In this document: in pieces, positions 1-5,246 of the stretch
Layout: each line of letters starts with the position of its first letter
Numbering within the stretch: position 1 is the stretch's first letter
Virus record (IMG/VR): IMGVR_UViG_2529292908_000004
Strand: one strand, 5' to 3'
From: a virus
Taxonomy: Duplodnaviria; Heunggongvirae; Uroviricota; Caudoviricetes
DNA length: 5,246 bases
The notes under the pieces: generated by a model
Database searches by the model: none
What the model saw: the letters and a program-made list of their open reading frames with translations, nothing else
What the model was told of the DNA's origin: nothing
Position numbers and translations under genes: made by a program

Positions 1-42
1 CGCACCGAAAATGTCAGCCAGCTGCTTTTTGTTGACTTCCAT
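1..42 (-). CDS. nohA: Terminase small subunit (Nu1 homologue), N-terminal 14 codons only; gene continues past the window start
   Basis: Minus-strand translation from ATG at 42-40 gives MEVNKKQLADIFGA, matching the N-terminus of lambda gpNu1 as I recall it. It lies immediately downstream of the cos site, as in lambda. Confidence 0.85.
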   Translation of the reverse strand, partial: MEVNKKQLADIFGA

Positions 43-290
43 TGTTCATTCCACGGACAAAAACAGAGAAAGGAAACGACAAAGGCCAAAAAGCCCGCTT
101 TCAGCACCTGTCGTTTCCTTTCTTTTCAGGGGGTATTTTAAATAAAAACATTAAGTTACGACGAAGAAGAACGGAAACACCTTAAACCGGAAAATTTTCA
201 TAAATAGCGAAAACCCGCGAGGTCGCCGCCCCGTAACCTGTCGGATCACCGGAAAGGACCCGTAAAGTGATAATGATTATCATCTACATA
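43..290. other. Lambda-type cos site: cosN with the 12-nt cohesive end at 220-231, cosB Nu1-binding repeats and an AT-rich IHF-like segment at about 60-180, cosQ-side flank at 232-290
   Basis: Minus strand of 220-231 reads GGGCGGCGACCT, followed by CGCGGGTTTTCGCTATTTATGAAAATTTTCC, which matches my memory of the lambda left end. Inverted GTCGTTTCCTTTCT-type repeats at about 64-82 and 108-124 and a CGTTTCCGTTCTTCTTC element at about 160-178 correspond to the R1/R2/R3 arrangement. The flank 232-250 reads as the lambda right end (GATCCGACAGGTTACG on the minus strand). Confidence 0.85.
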
Positions 291-430
291 TCACAACGTG
301 CGTGGAGGCCATCAAACCACGTCAAATAATCAATTATGACGCAGGTATCGTATTAATTGATCTGCATCAACTTAACGTAAAAACAACTTCAGACAATACA
401 AATCAGCGACACTGAATACGGGGCAACCTC

Positions 431-664
431 ATGTCAACGAAGAACAGAACCCGCAGAACAACAACCCGCAACATCCGCTTTCCTAACCAAATGATTGAAC
501 AAATTAACATCGCTCTTGAGCAAAAAGGGTCCGGGAATTTCTCAGCCTGGGTCATTGAAGCCTGCCGCCGGAGACTGTGCTCAGAAAAAAGAGTTTCTTC
601 TGAAGCAAACAAAGAAAAGAGTGACATTACTGAATTGCTCAGAAAACAGGTCAGACCAGATTGA
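431..664 (+). CDS. ynfO: Small YnfO/YlcI-like prophage protein, 77 aa; possible ribbon-helix-helix DNA-binding fold (inferred)
   Basis: 77-aa ORF in the position ynfO occupies in Qin (between the Nu1 gene and ydfO). The segment RNIRFPNQMIEQINIALEQKGSGNFSAWVIEACRRRL has a strand-helix-G-x-S-helix pattern typical of RHH proteins. No obvious Shine-Dalgarno before the ATG. Confidence 0.65.
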   Translation: MSTKNRTRRTTTRNIRFPNQMIEQINIALEQKGSGNFSAWVIEACRRRLCSEKRVSSEANKEKSDITELLRKQVRPD

Positions 665-721
665 AGCAATTTAGATAATCGTGCAGACTACGCCCCCTCA
701 TATCACATGGAAGGTTTATCT

Positions 722-1132
722 ATGGATCAGGTAGTCATTTTTAAACAAATATTTGATAAAGTTCGAAACGATTTAAACTATCAATGGTTTTATTCTGAGC
801 TAAAACGTCACAATGTCTCACATTACATTTACTATTTAGCCACAGAGAATGTTCATATTGTATTAAAAAATGATAATACAGTGTTATTAAAGGGCCTAAA
901 AAACATTGTGTCTGTCAAATTTTCAAAGGATAGGCATCTTATAGAAACGACCTCTAATAAGCTGAAATCCAGAGAGATCACATTTCAGGAATACAGAAGA
1001 AACCTTGCTAAAGCAGGAGTTTTTCGGTGGGTTACAAATATCCACGAACAAAAAAGATATTACTATACCTTTGATAATTCATTACTATTTACTGAAAGCA
1101 TCCAGAAAACTACACAGATCTTACCACGCTAA
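722..1132 (+). CDS. ydfO: YdfO/YbcV-family (DUF1398) prophage protein, 136 aa from the ATG at 722; alternative upstream ATG at 707 would give 141 aa
   Basis: Open frame 707-1132. GGAAGG at 709-714 sits 7 nt before the ATG at 722, so 722 is the better-supported start. Translation resembles the Qin YdfO / DLP12 YbcV family from memory. Confidence 0.75.
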
Positions 1133-1283
1133 ACCATAACGTCCGGCTTCTCTCACTCCTGAGCCGGACTGCATTGGTTTAATAAAAACCATCAACAATT
1201 GTGATTTAGATATTCGGAACCATTCAAATATAACAAAACCCCGTAAAAACGAGGTTTATGGATAAATTTTATTATTGAATACA

Positions 1284-1456
1284 TCAGATTAAATTAATCT
1301 TGACATCATAGCTTTCAAGACCCGTCATTTTTTCCCGTGCGGTAAACTGAATACTGGTAACTTCTTTCCCGGTCTTTTTCTTAAGTTCAATAATTTTTTT
1401 GTTATATATTCAGAAATATCTGCTTCTGCTTTTGTTTTTAAGTTTTCAATATTCAT
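1284..1456 (-). pseudogene. gnsB: gnsB-like gene (GnsA/GnsB family) interrupted by a -1 frameshift at an A7 run (plus-strand T7 at 1394-1400)
   Basis: From ATG at 1456 (GAGG 5 nt upstream) the minus strand reads MNIENLKTKAEADISEYITKK, then runs out of frame to a stop after 43 codons. The -1 frame from the A-run reads IIELKKKTGKEVTSIQFTAREKMTGLESYDVKINLI*, and the two parts together align to the 57-aa GnsA/GnsB family. The ORF track missed it because both pieces are short. Confidence 0.6.
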
Positions 1457-1627
1457 CATTTCCTCTTTTAGTCTGTTATGACTTTCCAGTTACACAGTAA
1501 GTCGATTATATGGTGCAAACGTGTAAAAGATAAGATGAAACATCGCAATAATCAACATACGATAGTCTAAATTTTACACAAACAGACAAAGAGAATTTTC
1601 CTGAATTATCAATGCAATAGCATCAAA

Positions 1628-1783
1628 TCAACTCAAGAGCCTTATTGCTGCTTCCAGAATTTCTTCTGAAGTAACATGTCGATCCGCGGCTACATAAATG
1701 ACTTTATGATCTCCGGTCAGAGATGGAAACCCTGCGGCCATTACAGTAAGGTGTGTTTTTTCGCCATTTGGATATTCACGCAT
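1628..1783 (-). CDS. ynfN: YnfN-like small protein, 51 aa from the ATG at 1783; in-frame alternative starts at 1804 (ATG) and 1819 (GTG)
   Basis: Open minus-strand frame 1628-1819. The 51-aa length and the position between gnsB and cspI match Qin ynfN as I remember it. GGAG lies 12 nt upstream of the 1783 ATG; start choice is uncertain. Confidence 0.55.
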   Translation of the reverse strand: MREYPNGEKTHLTVMAAGFPSLTGDHKVIYVAADRHVTSEEILEAAIRLLS

Positions 1784-1901
1784 GATGGTGTTAACTCCAG
1801 TCATCGCTGGCACTACCACTGCTGGTTCAGAGTTAAAAAAACTATGATTTTTTTCATGATGTTACCGTAGTATGTGAGTATCCATCGAATAGACACCAAG
1901 C

Positions 1902-1921
1902 AAAAAAGCTCCCGAAGGAGC
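1902..1921 (-). terminator. Rho-independent terminator on the minus strand: GCUCC-UUCG-GGAGC hairpin followed by U6
   Basis: Plus 1908-1921 is GCTCCcgaaGGAGC. On the minus strand this is a 5-bp GC stem with a UUCG tetraloop followed by TTTTTT (plus A6 at 1902-1907). It lies downstream of cspI and upstream of ynfN. Confidence 0.6.
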
Positions 1922-2128
1922 CTTCATTTTCACTTTTTTAAATCCAACGACAGACGGCTGGCATTTAAGTATTGTGAAATATTATCAAATGTAATCATCA
2001 TTGATTTACAAAAGATACATTTTGCCCCGAAAGGATTCATGTCAGAAACATCAAAAGATGATGTTCTATACTGGGAACCATGACAACACGGGCATCTAAA
2101 GTGAATATGGTTTGTAATATTGTCTACC

Positions 2129-2341
2129 TCAAAGCGCCACTACATGAACAGCGGCAGGACCTTTAGGTCCGTTCTCAATACCAAATTCAACTTCCTGATT
2201 CTCAGTTAATGTTTTGAAATCGTTGCTCTGAATTGCTGAGAAATGGACAAACACATCTTTGCTGCCATCTTTCGGCGTGATGAAACCAAAACCTTTTTCA
2301 GGGTTAAACCATTTCACTAAACCAGTCATTTTGTTAGACAT
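2129..2341 (-). CDS. cspI: Cold shock protein, CspA family, 70 aa
   Basis: Translation [70 protein letters not shown] carries the RNP1 (KGFGFI) and RNP2 (VFVHF) motifs and matches CspI from memory. AAGG lies upstream of the ATG as in cspA. Confidence 0.93.
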   Translation of the reverse strand: MSNKMTGLVKWFNPEKGFGFITPKDGSKDVFVHFSAIQSNDFKTLTENQEVEFGIENGPKGPAAVHVVAL

Positions 2342-2492
2342 AATTATTACCTTTTGAAGAAATTAGCCCTTGGGCAGAATGGTCCGAAAAAAAATATCAG
2401 AGAGAAAAACCAACAAGGAAATCTCAAGAGGTACAAATAATAAAATTATAACAATGACTGCTTCAGATAAATTTGTAACAAACCAGAACACC

Positions 2493-2521
2493 ATTAACGC
2501 ATGATTAACCACCCATAGCAA
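2493..2521 (-). promoter_or_regulatory. Candidate cspI promoter: -35 TTGCTA (2521-2516), 17-bp spacer, -10 GTTAAT (2498-2493), with an AT-rich upstream region
   Basis: The hexamers resemble the cspA promoter (TTGCAT / CTTAAT). The predicted start near 2486 gives a leader of about 145 nt, typical of cold-shock csp genes. Minus strand 2522-2580 is AT-rich, like an UP element. This is sequence pattern only. Confidence 0.35.
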
Positions 2522-2703
2522 GGATTACTTTTGTAAAGAAAAACACAGCAATGAAAGAATAGCTTTATTTATTAATAAAACGTGTCATTCTGATTAAGAC
2601 CTTTTATCTTACCCTTAAGATTTCAGGAATTTTGGCTCATGGAAGAGTCCTTTTTATTTAAATTTTACATTCCGCGATGTAAATGTTCCGATTTAATATT
2701 ACC

Positions 2704-3727
<1,024 letters not shown>

Positions 3728-3731
<4 letters not shown>

Positions 3732-4039
3732 AGATATTTATGATGAGGACGCTCGTGCTTATTGGCAGGATTTTCAATCTTAAAGGAGTACTGATGCTGC
3801 AGATAAGACTCAACTTTTTCTGACAATTTTTCTGCTACTTCCAGGAAGACTTGCCGGACGCTCCTTCTGGCTGCTGCCTCATAAAACTCCAGCGCAGCTC
3901 CTTCAACACGGTCCATGGCGACATCCAGGTCAAAAATTTCACCGTCAAAGCGTTCTTTGTCCTGTAAGGCTACAGTTACCGTAACTTTATTCTCAAAATT
4001 ACGGACTCCTTTCACAACCAGTTCATAGTCTTGAGTCAT
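3728..4039 (-). CDS. ydfR: YdfR-family (DUF1327) protein, 103 aa, located between the holin and endolysin genes
   Basis: 103-aa ORF with no transmembrane segment; matches Qin YdfR in length and position from memory. Starts 4 nt after the essQ stop and overlaps the rrrQ start in ATGA. Confidence 0.85.
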
Positions 4040-4043
4040 TGGA

Positions 4044-4259
4044 TTACTCTCCTCTCGCAGCCTTACGCCTGTCTTCTTTAATCTTGAAATAAAGATTTGT
4101 CAGATACGTCAGCAGGCCAAAAACCAGGCTACCCAGCACACCGATTGCAGCCCACTGTGACGGAGTTACTTTATCGAGTAACTGCAATGCCCAGAAACCA
4201 GCATTACCCGCCGATGTGCCATAGGCAACACCTGTTGTTAACTTATCCATTGATTTCAT
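4044..4259 (-). CDS. essQ: Pinholin (phage 21 S-type class II holin), 71 aa, with a dual-start motif (Met1 at 4259, Met4 at 4250)
   Basis: Translation [71 protein letters not shown] has two transmembrane segments and a charged C-terminus, closely resembling S21. The further N-terminal extension in the ORF track (to 4334) is not supported. Confidence 0.9.
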   Translation of the reverse strand: MKSMDKLTTGVAYGTSAGNAGFWALQLLDKVTPSQWAAIGVLGSLVFGLLTYLTNLYFKIKEDRRKAARGE

Positions 4260-4478
4260 ATCCTCACCCCGATGTACACGGATGGTGCAATATGTTTGAA
4301 AAGATCGGAGTCTACGGGGTAGTTTTGACAGCACACGTTGTTCTCAACGGCGCTAAAAAAACATACACATTAAAAATGTGGGTAATTATTTTGAAAGAAA
4401 GTCATATATAAAATAATAATACGAGAAATGTTTTCATATTTAGTGTACTGTATACGGCCATTTATACAGGAAAAGCCT

Positions 4479-4649
4479 ATGTCAGAACGTAAAAACTCAA
4501 AATCACGCCGTAATTATCTCGTTAAATGTTCCTGCCCAAACTGCACCCAAGAGTCAGAACACAGTTTTTCAAGAGTACAAAAAGGTGCCCTTTTGATCTG
4601 CCCTCATTGCAACAAAGTATTCCAGACAAATCTTAAAGCTGTAGCCTGA
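4479..4649 (+). CDS. Small zinc-ribbon protein, 56 aa, with two Cys pairs (CSCPNC ... CPHC), divergent from the holin; possibly YnfU-like
   Basis: ATG at 4479 is preceded by AGGA 7-8 nt upstream. The basic N-terminus (MSERKNSKSRRN) followed by CxCxxC-x19-CxxC is a zinc-ribbon arrangement. The upstream in-frame ATG at 4428 lacks a Shine-Dalgarno. The YnfU identification is from memory and is uncertain. Confidence 0.6.
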   Translation: MSERKNSKSRRNYLVKCSCPNCTQESEHSFSRVQKGALLICPHCNKVFQTNLKAVA

Positions 4650-4705
4650 TTGATTTTATTAGTAACAAGTATTTTTTATATTTTAATAATATATTTAAAG
4701 CAGAT

Positions 4706-4731
4706 AATAAAAAACCCGCCTGAGCGGGTTT
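4706..4731. terminator. Hairpin terminator AAACCCGC-CTGA-GCGGGTTT: strong in the minus direction (followed by T6), weaker in the plus direction (T3)
   Basis: Perfect inverted repeat at 4712-4719 / 4724-4731. On the minus strand the GC stem is followed by TTTTTTATTATCTG. It could end the plus-strand zinc-ribbon gene and/or act as a tR'-like terminator for minus-strand transcripts entering the lysis cassette. Confidence 0.55.
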
Positions 4732-4956
4732 GAGATTGTGGTGCTTTTTGTGGGAGTCATCCACTTACGCACTTTGTTTTGCCATGCCAGCAGTTAGCTT
4801 CTGCTGTAAAACTATTCATGCAGCAAACCTGCACTTCACCACAATGGTTAGCATACTTTTCCTGATTAAGATTTTGCCAAATATGCTAGCCATTGTTTCA
4901 TGTATTGGACCTCCTTACTTTTTATTAAAGAGATCCAATATTCACTACTCTGTCCG

Positions 4957-5246
4957 GGTGATGCTGCCAACTTACTGATTTAGTGTATGATGGTGTTTTT
5001 GAGGTGCTCCAGTGGCTTCTGTTTCTATCAGCTGTCCCTCCTGTTCAGCTACTGACGGGGTGGTGCGTAACGGCAAAAGCACCGCCGGACATCAGCGCTA
5101 TCTCTGCTCTCACTGCCGTAAAACATGGCAACTGCAGTTCACTTACACCGCTTCTCAACCCGGTACGCACCAGAAAATCATTGATATGGCCATGAATGGC
5201 GTTGGATGCCGGGCAACTGCCCGCATTATGGGCGTTGGCCTCAACA
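4957..5246 (+). mobile_element. IS1 insertion sequence, left end (first 290 bp of about 768 bp); continues past the window end
   Basis: Starts at 4957 with the IS1 terminal inverted repeat GGTGATGCTGCCAACTTACTGATTTAGTGTATGATGG, followed by insA in the expected position and frame. Confidence 0.93.
5012..5246 (+). CDS. insA: IS1 InsA (transposition repressor / N-terminal part of the InsAB' transposase); GTG start, truncated by the window end
   Basis: From GTG at 5012 (GAGG 5 nt upstream) the frame reads (M)[77 protein letters not shown], which matches IS1 InsA. The track ORF at 4983-5195 is in a different frame and is spurious. Confidence 0.9.
   Translation, partial: MASVSISCPSCSATDGVVRNGKSTAGHQRYLCSHCRKTWQLQFTYTASQPGTHQKIIDMAMNGVGCRATARIMGVGLN

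Noticed and set aside
403-669. 88-aa minus-strand ORF
   Set aside because: It lies antisense to the ynfO-like gene, has no start signal, and the translation looks arbitrary; treated as a shadow ORF.
1141-1169. Stem-loop GTCCGGCT-(13 nt)-AGCCGGAC just after the ydfO stop
   Set aside because: The 8-bp stem is perfect, but the loop is large and no U-run follows on either strand, so I cannot support it as an intrinsic terminator; it may still be a transcript 3' structure.
1505-1510. Perfect TATAAT on the minus strand about 45 nt upstream of the gnsB start
   Set aside because: No convincing -35 hexamer at 16-18 bp spacing, and perfect TATAAT matches occur by chance in AT-rich DNA; too weak to list as a promoter.
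1676-2083. Two plus-strand ORFs (1676-1870 and 1874-2083)
   Set aside because: The first is antisense to ynfN and the second crosses the minus-strand terminator and the cspI 3' region. Their translations are Cys/Phe/His-rich with no motif and no Shine-Dalgarno.
4260-4334. N-terminal 25-codon extension of the holin ORF ([25 protein letters not shown])
   Set aside because: S21-type pinholins start at MKSM, and the extension would add a non-homologous basic leader before the first transmembrane segment; treated as upstream open frame only.
4097-4411. 104-aa plus-strand ORF
   Set aside because: It is antisense to the pinholin gene and its upstream region, and is His/Pro-rich with no motif.
4733-4956. 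Attempt to locate a pR'-like late promoter on the minus strand (e.g. TTGGCA … TATGCT)
   Set aside because: Only weak hexamer matches with non-optimal spacing; I could not assign a promoter here from sequence alone.
4730-4978. 82-aa plus-strand ORF
   Set aside because: It starts inside the terminator hairpin, runs across the IS1 junction, and is Cys/Phe/Leu-rich with no Shine-Dalgarno; it would be chimeric between prophage DNA and the IS end.
4983-5195. 70-aa plus-strand ORF inside IS1
   Set aside because: It is in a different frame from insA, which matches the known IS1 protein.

Overview
This window reads as the late/lysis end of a lambdoid (Qin-like) Escherichia coli prophage, with the late genes on the minus strand. 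From right to left: a partial IS1 (4957-5246) sits where the Q antiterminator / late promoter would be expected, followed by a strong hairpin terminator, a divergent small zinc-ribbon gene, then a tightly packed phage-21-type lysis cassette (pinholin essQ, ydfR, SAR endolysin rrrQ, spanins rzpQ with embedded rzoQ). Left of that is a cargo cluster of cold-associated genes (cspI, ynfN, and a gnsB homologue broken at an A7 run), two plus-strand genes (ynfO-like, ydfO-like), a lambda-type cos site, and the first 14 codons of the Nu1 terminase small subunit gene. All identifications come from reading the sequence and translations against remembered protein families; no database search was run. Gene symbols are Qin-prophage homologue names, not proof of strain identity. 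Most of this is known prophage biology; the items most worth follow-up are the gnsB frameshift, the IS1 insertion next to the late control region, and the small zinc-ribbon and ynfO-ydfO genes.
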